Position numbers and translations under genes: made by a program. 64,000 bases of DNA from Octopus bimaculoides. Lineage: Eukaryota. The stretch covers positions 24,043,913-24,107,912 of the forward strand of contig NC_068987.1 in the NCBI RefSeq assembly GCF_001194135.2, given 5' to 3'. The notes beneath the pieces are model-generated. The model was given only the letters and a program-made list of their open reading frames with translations. It did not search any database and had not been told where the DNA came from. Positions 49,682 through 61,719 of the stretch are shown one piece after another. Each line of letters begins with the position of its first letter. Within the stretch, counting starts at the first letter, position 1.

Positions 49682-50045
49682 AGGTGCAGGTGTGGCTGTG
49701 TAGTTGAAACTTTTCTTCTCAAATACATGGTTTTGAATTTATCCTCATTGCATCACACTTTCGATAAGTGTCTTCTATTATAGCCCTGGGCCAACCAAAA
49801 TTTTGTGAGTGAATTTAGTAGATGCAAACTGAAAGAAGCCAGATTATCTATCTATCTATTTGTCTGTATTTTTTGTTGCTTTGTCTTGACATCACATGAT
49901 AGTTGTAAATGAGTGTCACTGTTATACAAGTAGTGTCATTCATTTCCAACATTCTGTGAAAACATGTTTGGTCATGGGAAAATATTACTTTACTTGGAAA
50001 CAGGTAAAGGTTGGTGAGAAGAAGGGCATCAGGCTATACAAAAGC
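49682..50045 (+). mobile_element. Composite SINE: tRNA-like head plus RTE-like tail, truncated at a mariner fragment
   Basis: ggtgcaggtgtggctgtgtagttg...aactgaaagaagcc...ggaaacaggtaaaggttggtgagaagaagggcatc. Confidence 0.7.
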
Positions 50046-50047
50046 TG

Positions 50048-50345
50048 TCACACCCGCTGTACTCTCCTGATTTGGCACCAACGGATTTCCACCTCTTTCA
50101 AATGCTATGCGCGAAGTTTCGTTCAATACTGATGCAAAATTGAGAGCTTGGTTGGATCAATTTTTCGAGTTGACATCGGGTGATTTCTACCAACAAGGTA
50201 TTGAAAATCTTGTTGAACGATGGGAAGAAGTTGTAAACAACAAGGGTGAATACATTCTTGATTAATTAGTTGTTATTTTTTATTAAACCTTTTAAAAAAT
50301 TTAGATTTAAAAAAAAATGGTGGGAACTTAGTTGCCAACCCAATA
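50048..50345 (+). mobile_element. Mariner transposon 3' fragment with right TIR
   Basis: HPLYSPDLAPTDFHLF motif, then ...LRAWLDQFF...DFYQQGIENLVERWEEVVNNKGEYILD*. TIR-like aacttagttgccaacccaa ends in TA. Confidence 0.88.
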
Positions 50346-50579
50346 CAAAAACCAAACTATATCCTCTTTAACTACAGACTGTCTCTTGTACTAATTTACA
50401 TGTAACTATCTATGATGTAATTACTTGACACTTGTATTTTCTTCTCCCAATCACATCTTTCTGGAAGTTAATGATGCTACATCAGTCCTGTACACCCTGA
50501 TAAACTACATGATGGATAGTTTAACATCAACCCAACCTCATGGTTTGAATACTGTAACAATCGTCATGTTAATTGTTTA

Positions 50580-51002
50580 TTGTGTGGTTAAGACATCTGC
50601 ATCCCAACCACATGGTTTCAGGTTCAGTCCAAGTGAGTGGCACCTTTGGCAATTGTCTTCTACTATAGCCCCAAGCTCACCAAAGCCTTGTATAAGTGGG
50701 TTTGGTAGAAAGAAACTGAAAAGAAACTTGTATGTATATATGTGAGTGTGTCTCCTAGCCTTGACATTGCATATTAATTGTAAATGACCATCACCATCAT
50801 ACAAGCAGTGTCCCTCACTTACAATCTTCCATGAAAATATGTCTGGTCAAAAGGAAATCTTATCTTACTTGGAAACCAGTGAGGACTAGCAACAGAAAGA
50901 ACATCTAGCCATACAAAATCTGCCTTAACAAATTCCATCTGACTTATGCAGGCATGGAAAAATGAATGTTAAAACAGTGATGATGATGATGATGATGATG
51001 AA
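50580..51002 (+). mobile_element. Composite SINE: tRNA-like head, (TG)n, RTE-like tail with (GAT)n end
   Basis: Same organisation as 8629-9050, ending gttaaaacagtgatgatgatgatgatgatgatg. Confidence 0.72.
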
Positions 51003-53215
51003 TCCTGAAAATGATTCAGAAATCAGCATTTTGTTATCAATGAATCTGGTATTTGCCATTTATTCTAATGCCTCCATTTTTTAAGAGCTTTCACATCATT
51101 GTATCTTGTAAACATGCTGTAAATATCCGAAGTTAGACGTCACTGGCATTAACAGCCATATCCAGTGGAAGAATCTCACTTGTCCACATTCTTATGCTAT
51201 GAACTGTTGTATTTTATGACTGATTGTAGTTTCCCAATTTTTGAATTGAGTTGCAAAAATCAAAATGACGATGCACATATTCATTCTTAATACACTCCAG
51301 TAGATTCTAACATGAACATACTAATTGCTATTGTATTTTGTCTACTGAGAACAACTTCTTTCAGACAATGTGTGTTCACTAGTTATTTCATCGTTTCATT
51401 CCTCAATAATACTTTTGTGTATTTCGAAGAAGAAGGGTGATTTGTTGTAAACAGTTTACTTTATTTGAAACAAGATATTTTTCAGATTATTGCATTCAAA
51501 AACTATGAAAAGAGAAGCAGAGTTATGATTTGGAAAAAAAAGAGATGATAGATATCTCTCAATCAATGGAAATAGAATTATCTATTTGGACCAGGGGTAA
51601 TGTAGTCTAGGTTGCAATCCAAAGGATCAATAAACACCTGAAACGATTTTAAGCATTAAAGGTGTTGAATTATGAGCAAATTGAATCTAGAAAAGCATGA
51701 TAATTTAAGGTTAAAGCTCACTAATTTCCAGCCAAATATCAATACAATAACTACTAGTATTCATCAAACATATTTCACAGTATACATCCCGTCTATGTCA
51801 ATATAATATGACTGGATTTTTATTTTTCAATTTTGTTGAGTATTTTCATTAAATATTTATTAAAAATGGGTAATAGCACAAAAGGAAGGAAGGAATTATT
51901 GTTTTTAAATCAAATTTTTATTAATTATACTTACAAATTCACATGAAAGGAGTCAATAAGTTATCAACTATTCAATGGAGGGATCAATGAAATAAGTTTG
52001 CTGACCCCTAATTTAGATAGAGGATTATAACATAATAGAATACACGACAGTATTAAAATATAACATGCTACAATTCAGTGACTAGTTGTATAATGACAGT
52101 AGGTGTGATATCTACAAAGCAGGTCAACAGGTGACAGACTGGTGAACACAAATATAAGCACTCCAGTGGTACACTGAAATTAATGGAGTAGGACAATTTT
52201 AAAAGGTAGCTATATGACCAAACTGGAGCCAAAAGGTCAAAGATAGACAATTATGGGTTAGGGCTGAGAGGTGTTTGTTAAGTTAGATCAATAAGTACCT
52301 TAATAATGATCACACTGACATGCCATGTCGATTTGGACATACTTTTCTCCCCAATGACAATGTAGTTCACATGGACATACCCTTTAACACTTATAACATT
52401 TAAACACTTCAACTTCATCAATCATATTCTGATAGCAACAGTAATGTAACATGCATTCTTCTGTGTCACACTTTTACTTTCTATCCTTAAAAGGGTCACT
52501 TAGCTTTTCAAACTTCATCCTCCTATTCACCTATTGTATACTGCTTTGCTCCAAGTCCTGCTCTAACTGTACTATTAGTCACTTACTTCTAACATGTTAC
52601 AATTTGACAATATCCAGTGCTCTGTGATGCTATAAGTCAAAATTGTATTTCTCAAATCCCATTGAGAGATATTTGTCAGCACGTTTAGATTTTCTTTCTC
52701 CATTTGTATCTCTTCTTTTTATATTATTTAACATTCTGCATGCAATAATCAGCAAGACAGAATGTTTCAATTAAAGTTAACAGTTTACAGCAAATCATCC
52801 TACTTCTAAATACACAAACTTATTCTTGCAGAAACAAATGATGAAATAGTTTTTGTAGATTATTAAAACTTTAATTAAAAGACAGAGAAATACATCAGTC
52901 ACAAAATAGAACAATTCATAGCATTAAAATGATGACAAATGTCTGTGTAAGCAAACTAGATACTAAAGTTAATCCAAAATGAATCATTGAAAAATGTAAT
53001 AACCATGTAGTGGAGAGATTCTTTTATTATAACACTATGCACTGCTTCTTATTTACAATTACCTTCCATGCTTCAGTTCTATCATCATGTAGAATGTGTG
53101 AGAAAAAAGAAAATCTCCAGTTTATATTTGTCCATTTTCCAAAAAATTCCTTTGTATTATCTGTCCCATAGAAATTCCCTTTTGTCTTCATGAGGTAACA
53201 GTTCATAAAACTTCT

Positions 53216-53944
53216 TCAGATTAATTCTTTTATTGCTTGCTGTCCATGTGCCTTTTTTTTATGATTAGTCAAACTCCTACTCTCAGAGTAAGTTTTACCA
53301 CAAATATCACAATGATATGGTTTTACACCTGTGTGAACAGGTTTGTGACGATTTAAATTCTGATTGTCAGCATATGATTTACCACAAATATCACAAGTGT
53401 ATGGTCTTTCACCTGTGTGACCACGTACATGGAGTGTTAAATGACCTTTCTGAGAGAAGGATTTACCACAGGTATCACAGTGAAATGGATTTTCACCTGT
53501 GTGAATACGTACATGTTGAATTAAATGACCATTCTGAGTGAATGTTTTATCACATATATCACAGTGATATGGTTTCTCACCAGTGTGTATGCGTACATGT
53601 TGAGTTAGATGAGTATTCACCGAGAAGGTTTTACCACAGATTTCACAGTGGTATGGATTGTCACCTGTGTGCATGCGTATGTGTCTAGATAAATTACTCT
53701 TGCCAGAGAATCTTTTTCCACAAATATCACAGTGGTATGGTTTCTCACCAGTGTGCATGCGGATGTGCTGAGTTAATCTATTACTGACACAGAATCTTTT
53801 ACCACAGATATCACAGTGGTATGGGTTATCACCAGTGTGTATGCGTATGTGTCTAGTTAATGCACTACTGCCAGAGAATGTTTTCCCACAGATATCACAA
53901 GAGTATGGATTCTCACTACCCTGAGCACCTCTGTGATTAGTCAT
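53216..53944 (-). CDS. C2H2 zinc-finger protein ZNF7, leaderless, 8 fingers, 242 aa
   Basis: The ORF starts at the helix Met of a decayed finger (CYFNTCRKTFF*RGN-MTNHRGAQ). Confidence 0.9.
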   Translation of the reverse strand: MTNHRGAQGSENPYSCDICGKTFSGSSALTRHIRIHTGDNPYHCDICGKRFCVSNRLTQHIRMHTGEKPYHCDICGKRFSGKSNLSRHIRMHTGDNPYHCEICGKTFSVNTHLTQHVRIHTGEKPYHCDICDKTFTQNGHLIQHVRIHTGENPFHCDTCGKSFSQKGHLTLHVRGHTGERPYTCDICGKSYADNQNLNRHKPVHTGVKPYHCDICGKTYSESRSLTNHKKKAHGQQAIKELI

Positions 53945-54540
53945 GTTACCTCTTCAAAAGAATGTTTTCCTACAAGTATTAAAATAGCATGGCTTTTCAC
54001 TTGTGTAAATAGGATTGTGTCTATTTAATGGATATTCTAAAATATGCTTACCACAAATACCATTTTCATAGCCAAACATTAATTTATCAAATGCAGCAAA
54101 TATTTTTCCACAGATATTGCATTGATATGGTTTCTCACATAAATGAATATATTTGTGTGTAGTCAAATGACTTTGCTGAGAGGACACTCTTCCACAAATA
54201 TCAAAACAGTATAACTTTTCACCAGTATAGATACATTTATGCTTGGTCAAATTACTGATGTAGGATAAAGTTTTACAAGAGATTATGCCCTGATAAAATT
54301 TCTTATCTTTCTGGACATCATTATGCAAGAACAAAATTTGTTTTTGATAATTACTTAACTATTCATTTTAAAACATTTAAGCTTTTTAACTTGTATGAAA
54401 AACCAAAAAAACTTTCTTTAATAAAGGATTAAACTATATAAATGTTTTTTTACTGGTATACAAAAGACAAAATTTGTATCTGTGTAGCAACTAGATTCTG
54501 ATTTAGCTCGATCATGTTACATATCTCTATCACAATGTGC
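53945..54540 (-). pseudogene. Decayed 5' part of ZNF7 (old leader and fingers 1-5)
   Basis: ORF 54334-53954 (TTG start) aligns with [14 protein letters not shown]...[12 protein letters not shown] of ZNF4/5 but has lost many Cys residues. It is in frame with ZNF7, separated by one TGA at 53956-53954. Confidence 0.85.
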
Positions 54541-54633
54541 TTATAATCTTAATTCAAACATTAATGCAACTTCCTCAAGATGTTATAGATGTGTTACTTG
54601 TAATCTATTCTTCATAATACCAGTTTTCTTTCT

Positions 54634-54714
54634 TCAAAATCTGGTAAAGTTCCTTAAATATACTGAATTCCACAATACCATCTCATTGTCACCACAAAAC
54701 CTGAAATAAAAAAT
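54634..54714 (-). promoter_or_regulatory. Putative splice acceptor and 15-codon uORF of ZNF7
   Basis: ttttttatttcag with AG at 54702-54701; uORF MVLWNSVYLRNFTRF* at 54681-54634. Confidence 0.62.
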
Positions 54715-55002
54715 ATAAGGTAAAAAGGACAATGTAAATGACAGTTATTAGAGAAATAGGGCTTGACTAGATTGAATGAGAGAATAAAAGGGGAAGAGCA
54801 GAAAAACAATATTAAGGATATCCATACATAACATCAGTTATGATGTGATGTATGGACAAGAACTTTTGAAAGGAAATAATGAGACACACAGATGTAGAAA
54901 GAAATCAAGAATTCTTTTTGTGGGAGTATACACATATAAATAACAAACAGTGTTGTCATCCACATAGAAGGTTGAAAAAAAAAGCAATGAAAATTTAACA
55001 CA

Positions 55003-55235
55003 GTGCCCCTAGACTGGCTCCTGTGCAGGTGGCACGTAAAATACACCATTTTGAGCGTGGCCTTTGCCAGTACCGCCTGACTGGCCTTCGTGCCGGTGGT
55101 ACGTAAAAGCACCCAGCTGTAGAAACTCTGCCAAATCAGATTGGAGCCTGGTGTAGCCATCTGGTTCACCAGTCCTCAGTCAAATCGTCCAACCCATGCT
55201 AGCATGGAAAGCGGACGTTAAACGATGATGATGAT
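55003..55235 (+). mobile_element. RTE-related 3' repeat with (GAT)n tail, young copy with an internal deletion
   Basis: Near-identical to the reverse complement of 28762-29002 but missing ~39 bp between cacc and cagctgtagaaa. Confidence 0.8.
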
Positions 55236-55505
55236 TTGAAGAGAGTGGGGACTAGACCAGAACAATAACAATGTTACAATAAAAAATACAGAAAATACTG
55301 TGAAGGTGAGACACAATAGTGTGTAAATGGATGATGCATAGATGAGGTAATAATGAAGTATACAGACGTAGAAAAACTGATAAAATTTTTATTTATTTAT
55401 TTTGTGTGAGTGGACTATAATATAAATAGGTAACTCGGGGACACCATCAATTTACTAAAGAAAACATACCCATCAAAACTAGGCAACAACAATACAGCGA
55501 TGTAC

Positions 55506-56088
55506 NNNNNNNNNNNNNNNNNNNNNNNNNNNNNNNNNNNNNNNNNNNNNNNNNNNNNNNNNNNNNNNNNNNNNNNNNNNNNNNNNNNNNNNNNNNNNNN
55601 NNNNNNNNNNNNNNNNNNNNNNNNNNNNNNNNNNNNNNNNNNNNNNNNNNNNNNNNNNNNNNNNNNNNNNNNNNNNNNNNNNNNNNNNNNNNNNNNNNNN
55701 NNNNNNNNNNNNNNNNNNNNNNNNNNNNNNNNNNNNNNNNNNNNNNNNNNNNNNNNNNNNNNNNNNNNNNNNNNNNNNNNNNNNNNNNNNNNNNNNNNNN
55801 NNNNNNNNNNNNNNNNNNNNNNNNNNNNNNNNNNNNNNNNNNNNNNNNNNNNNNNNNNNNNNNNNNNNNNNNNNNNNNNNNNNNNNNNNNNNNNNNNNNN
55901 NNNNNNNNNNNNNNNNNNNNNNNNNNNNNNNNNNNNNNNNNNNNNNNNNNNNNNNNNNNNNNNNNNNNNNNNNNNNNNNNNNNNNNNNNNNNNNNNNNNN
56001 NNNNNNNNNNNNNNNNNNNNNNNNNNNNNNNNNNNNNNNNNNNNNNNNNNNNNNNNNNNNNNNNNNNNNNNNNNNNNNNNNNNNNNNN
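55506..56088. other. Assembly gap (N run)
   Basis: Run of N. Confidence 1.
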
Positions 56089-56519
56089 TCACTGAGATGC
56101 AACACAATTTTGTCAGTGAACAGGTCGCGGTCTCAGAGCGAGGAAAATATTTTGACAAATTAAATTTAAATGTTGAAGTGAATCTGACGGCTTTTGTGTG
56201 TTATTTTAAATGGCTTATAAACACCTTCCACGCTGCAATTGTTTACAATAAGTTTCTGTTCAAAAATTTTTTACCATTGTTTATTAATATTTTAAGTTGA
56301 ATACAATGTTTCTATTGTTGTTTAAAGTTCTTCTATATCGTTAAATTGAAACTAAAATATCCACATTGAACACAAGATAAACGTAAATATTTAAACATAT
56401 ACAGATAGATGCCTCGTCAAAACACAAAACACTTTGGATGAACAAAACATACCGGGATCCAGAACAAACTGATATGGTTGAAAAGAGATTCAATGACAAC
56501 AGAGAAAAAACAGGATTTG

Positions 56520-57124
56520 TTATTAATTATGACAATCTGTCACAAATGATACTTGAAAGTTGCCATGCTTAATGTTTGGCACATAGTTTCTGAAACTGAA
56601 TGCTGTTAGTATTTAAATTCAATCGAGATTAAGCCTGAATGTAAATAACACCTGACTACCAATAGATCATAATATGGATTATTACAACAGAGAAGTTTCT
56701 TGTACTAGAAATATTAAAATAATTAACAACTGACAAAGCATCAACTTAATGTTTTCTCTGTATTTGGTGAGATAATCAGATATATGGAGATATGTAGAGA
56801 TATAATATACTCACTATATGTCTAGTCAAGCAATTCCACTGATTTCACAGAACCTTAGCAATAAACTTTAATGCAAACCTAGTTCATCAAATCTTCAGCC
56901 GTATTTTCGTAAAAAAAAAGACTTATTTTCTTTTTTCTCATTATGTTGTGCCGTAACACCGAGTGATGGTCTGATCTGTGAGTGTATGCTTATATATATA
57001 TATATTTAGAGAGATAGAGATACTCAGTTTATGTGCAGTCAACCAACTTTATTTTCACAGAATCTACGCGGCATACTTTAATGCCAACTTAATTCATCAA
57101 ATCATCAGCCGCGCTTTCGTAAAA
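56520..57124 (-). promoter_or_regulatory. Conserved upstream non-coding module, copy 6 (ZNF7 unit), with its last ~130 bp duplicated
   Basis: gagattaagcctgaatgtaaataacacc... with the motif at 56898-56914 and again at 57108-57124. Confidence 0.65.
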
Positions 57125-59471
57125 ATAGATACGTCTCTATTTTTAACTTTCTTCTCTTTGATTTTTATTTAGTTCTTTTTCTCTCTCTTTTATCTTCCTT
57201 TGTTAGGAAAAATTCTATTTTTGTGTATTAGCTACATGAACGATGTCATCATTCAAATAATATTTTTATCAAAATGGATGCACATACAAGAAAACAGAGC
57301 AAGTTGATCAATTCTTTGTGAGTGAATTTGACAGATGCAGAAGGCCATTGTATATGTATATGTGTGTCAGCCATTTAGGTTTGTTTATGTCTCTATAATC
57401 TAGCAGTGTCACACCAATAAAATACTAACTAGACTTAGAAAATAAGAACTGGGGTCAATTTGGTCAACTTAACCATTTAGGGCAGTACTCCATCATGGGC
57501 GTTGACAATCTGGTGTGTTTGTTTGCCAGCCCAGGTTTCGCTGCTCATCAAGCTGAGAAGAGTAAGCTATCGACCACTCTCTAACTGATTTGTAGTCCAA
57601 CCTGTGGGTGTGGAGACCCCCAGCCTACATCCCTGCTCACAGCTCTTGGGCAGAGATGGCTATCAACAAATGCAAACCCTGTTAGTCAGAGTGGCTGTTC
57701 CAGTGCATCTTCCTCACCATCCTCCTGGGCAATACCTTTCCATTTTGTCCACCAGGACCATGAGGCAGACTGACAAGTCTTATAAACATAGCAACAAAAA
57801 TGGCATTAAATAAAAACCAAGTTTATATACAACTGTTTGTTTGGTTATCTATGACCGAGATGTATCTCATACTTTCGCACTGTGTTAGTGTGTAAAAGAC
57901 TATATTTACATTTTGCTTGCTGTACGAAAGCAAGGACAGGAGAAACAATGTCTGTCACTAATTAATATTACTTTACTTTTTCCAAAAGTTGACAAATTGG
58001 TGAAATTGTAAGGGAATCTTAAAAAAATGCATTGTGGTATTTGTTTCAACTCTTTACATTCTGAGATCAAATCCTGCTGAGGTTATATTGCCTGTCATCT
58101 GCCCAAGTTTGATAAAATAAAGTACCAGTTAAGTTCAATGGTACTGACTGACCTATCATCTCAAAATATTTGACTTTGTACTTAAATCAGAAACTATTTT
58201 CCTTTTCTGGTAGCATAAACGACCATTTCAAATCTGTTCCAACATATATTTTGACTTGATCAGCTGAGTTGTCAGATTTTCAAAAGTCCAAGTCAGAACA
58301 CTAAAACATATTATTGTATTTAGTCAGATATTGATATAATTTACAATGTGGACACACCCTTTGAAAACAAAGTGACTGGTTTCAGTCTTAATGAATCTCT
58401 TCACAGTAACCAGTGTCGGTATATATTTATAATGGACATGAAGGTTTAGATACCTGTGGAGTATCTCCCTCTTCTTCTCCCATTATAATTGTTTTGTAGT
58501 TTCAAGAAGCTGGAACGGGTCACTGATTTGTGATGTCTGTGCGAAGTGAGGTGATGAGAATGGCTCCTTAGTACACCACACGGTCGATACAATAAATATA
58601 AATAGAACAATGCATATATGTGCCAGAGGGAAATAAGAGACACAACTGGGTAGAACGTTTAAGAGATTTATTGATATGTTAACATGTGTGATTGTGTGTG
58701 CGTCATATTTACAGAATAATTGGCAAGCCATCATAAGAAGATGTATGCGTATGTAGAAAGATGTTGACATTAGGACAAATGGTGGCGACGGAGATGGAGG
58801 TCACTGAATGCTGCTGGACAAAGTTGATGAGTCTCCATGTGGCTGCTGTTGTGTTGTCGCTGGAAATGGCGGTGTCTTCTGTGGTCAGTGGTTAGACTTT
58901 AAAATGCCTGAAACCAAAGACATCGAGATGAGGAAAAGTTAGGTTTTTTTATAAGGAGTTGTGGGCTCAGCTGATGTAGAAAACAGGCTTGTCATACGTG
59001 ACCTTATTTGAAGGCTGTGGTTGGTTGGGTTGCATATTGGCACGCGATAGAGCAAGAGACAAATTGTGTCAATACCGACCAATCAGAGTAGTGGACACAA
59101 CAGGGTCCAAAATGTGGTCAAATGCTAGCGGTTATCTACTACATTCGTATGTATATATAATAGAGAGGAGAGGAATTTCACTCAAGTGTACACGACATAT
59201 TTACTAATAAACTGTGTCAACTAATATATAAATGTATATAAGCTTTTTTGTTCAGTTTGAATTATTACTGGTTGATGTCTGAAGGGAAAACATGGGCAGG
59301 GAAGGAGTTCTAGATATAATTTTTTTTAATACAAGTTTTTGTGTGAGATACAGGGTGGTTTGAGTGACTGAAACGATGTTTGGCAGTTCAGAAGAGCAGA
59401 GGATGCTATATAGCAAAGAAATAAAAAGAAGCTATAATATACTAGTGAGTTATCACATGCAATGTGAATAA

Positions 59472-59620
59472 ATGTAGTGGTTAGAATGCTGAATTCATGA
59501 TGGTAAGATTGAGGTTTTGATTTATGGACCAGGTGATGTGCTGAGCAAAATATTTAATTTCACATTGCTCCAGTCCACTCAGCTGGCAAAAATGAGTAAT
59601 CCAGCAATGGACCAGCATCT
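59472..59620 (+). mobile_element. tRNA-derived SINE head, same family as 20141-20462
   Basis: gtagtggttagaatgctg...tttcacattgctccagtccactcagctggcaaaaatgagt. Confidence 0.7.
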
Positions 59621-60144
59621 TGTTTAGAGATGGAGGGGATATATATATATGCCACACAATCCAAGGAACCAGTTTTATGAGCCTATGGCTCAGGATGAAC
59701 ATTTGATCTTCTCTAGTTCTTTTAATTTTTTATCATAATCATGTGGATGAGACTAATGACTTTTATAACCAAATTGTAAGTAAATTTAATTAGCTTCTTA
59801 ACAAGATTTCTACTATTTCTACTCTACACATATTAGTAATACTCTGAATTTAATTATTTTAAACCCACAGGTCCACATAGTTACCAGGTCTAGATACATC
59901 AGTGGTGATTTTAGGTCAACAAGGATACTCATCTTGATGTTGTTTCTGACTCAAAAAAAATGAACGAGGTCCAGGTTATCAACATACAGGGAACTCTGAC
60001 ATGTAACTAGATGTAAATTCCATTGTAATTACCACAATGAACTTTGAGTCTAAATATACATAATATTCTGAACTAGTTTACTGACTCTGCATCTTGCTTA
60101 TGGCAACATTATAAGTGTGTGTGCATTTGTGTGTGATGACATAT

Positions 60145-60505
60145 ATATATATATATCCTTCCAGTGTGAATGGTTTTTTATACAATGCCATTTTAAAAAT
60201 CCTGTAAATAATAATAATGGTATTTTTATATAATCTTAGAACTTATGGCAATCAGTGTGCAATGACCAAGGAAGATAGTCTGATAAAGGGGCATATAAGT
60301 CCTCGACTGAAAAAAGAAGGCTTTCCTATCCAATATATATATCCTTCCGGTACAAATATTTTTTATATGGCACCATTTTTACAATCCTATAAATAATAAT
60401 AATGGTATTTTTATATAAGCTTAAAGCTTATGGCGGTCAGCGTGCAATGACAAAGGAAAATAGTCTAATATAAGCCCTCAACAGAAAAAAGAAGGCTTTT
60501 CTATC
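60145..60505. repeat. Direct tandem duplication, two diverged units with a ~186-bp period
   Basis: atatatatccttcc...aaataataataatggtatttttatataa...aaaaaagaaggcttt occurs twice (atcctt at 60155 and 60341). Confidence 0.85.
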
Positions 60506-60959
60506 TCCTGCTTTGGCATGGTTTCTATGTCAACCATTTTACAGTGTACAGGGTGCTTATTATGTGGCACCGGCACTGGTACTTTTTATGTAGTACCAAC
60601 ACCAGTAGAGGCACCAAGTAACTTGCAAGATGAATACTTATTAGCAGGGAGAGGGAGTGAAAGGTTAGAGAATAATAGGACAAAGATAAGAGTCTTACCA
60701 TGAAGAAGAGATAGAGAGAAAGATAGAGACAGTCAGATTGAGAGAGGGGGAGGGGAATAGATGGTGTTGAAGATACATTGGGATCTGCCTGTAAGTATAA
60801 GCAGTACAAAGGGGACAGAAAGGCATGCTCCATTAGAGTGTGAAGGGAGCAGCATGGAAGACGGATTTTAAATGATGATGTGCTGGAGCAAAATTTGACA
60901 GCTTGCATGAAAGGAAAAGAAAACAATATTCTGTCAAAAAAAATAAAAGTACTTTAAAA

Positions 60960-61719
60960 AATAACAACTAGATAATGGTTGGAAGGTGACAGTTTACTCA
61001 AAGTAGCCATCCTCAGTTTCTATCACAGCAGCCACAAGATGGCTCTGGAACCTGGTGTACGTATTGCTCAGTGTCTCTGGGAAGATCTTTAAATACCTCC
61101 TTGATCTTAGCCACCAGTTCAGCTGTGGTATTGTAGGCAGAGCAGTTGGTGTCTTTCTCGACCATACCCCACACAAAGTATTCCATGGGATTACAATTAG
61201 AGAATTAGGAGGCGAGAAGTTGGGGCTGATAAAGTCATAGAAATTCTCTGACAACCACTTTTGACTCTTTCTGAAGGTATAACAAAGAGCTGAATCCTGC
61301 TGCCACACACATGGCCTTCCAGCAGCTTCACATAGCCATCTGAAATGAGCCTAAAGCCCTGATCAAATATGTGGGTATGAATTCCAGTGTGTAGATGCAA
61401 TTAGAACGTCTGCTGTGTCCCTTCTTGCTGGCCATGGCTTTGTAGCCTCTGTTGCAGCTGTCCAGGTCTTACAACTTTTACAGAGCACTGAGCAGCAGTT
61501 ATGATGCTGGCATTTTGATACCTGGTGCAAATCATTATGATACATGTAACTCTTTTTCAATATTCAGATGGCTTCCAATCTCCCATGTCAGCTAACTTTT
61601 TCTTAACAACTTTAATGTTAATGCTTTCCAGTGCTGTTGATTGTTTACAAATTCATCAAGCTGTTCCTGAAAAAAAAAAGGTGACATAAAAAAATCATCA
61701 AATTTAGCTAAGCACCCTG
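60960..61719 (-). mobile_element. Tc1/mariner-superfamily transposon remnant, internally deleted
   Basis: WQQDSALCYTFRKSQKWLSENFYDFISPNFSPPNS followed by a frameshifted CNPMEYFVWG, and HIFDQGFRLISDGYVKLLE. The left end begins cagggtgcttagctaaatttg. Confidence 0.8.

Noticed and set aside
52250-52700. Possible additional RTE fragment on the minus strand
   Set aside because: Too degenerate to read a diagnostic motif with confidence.
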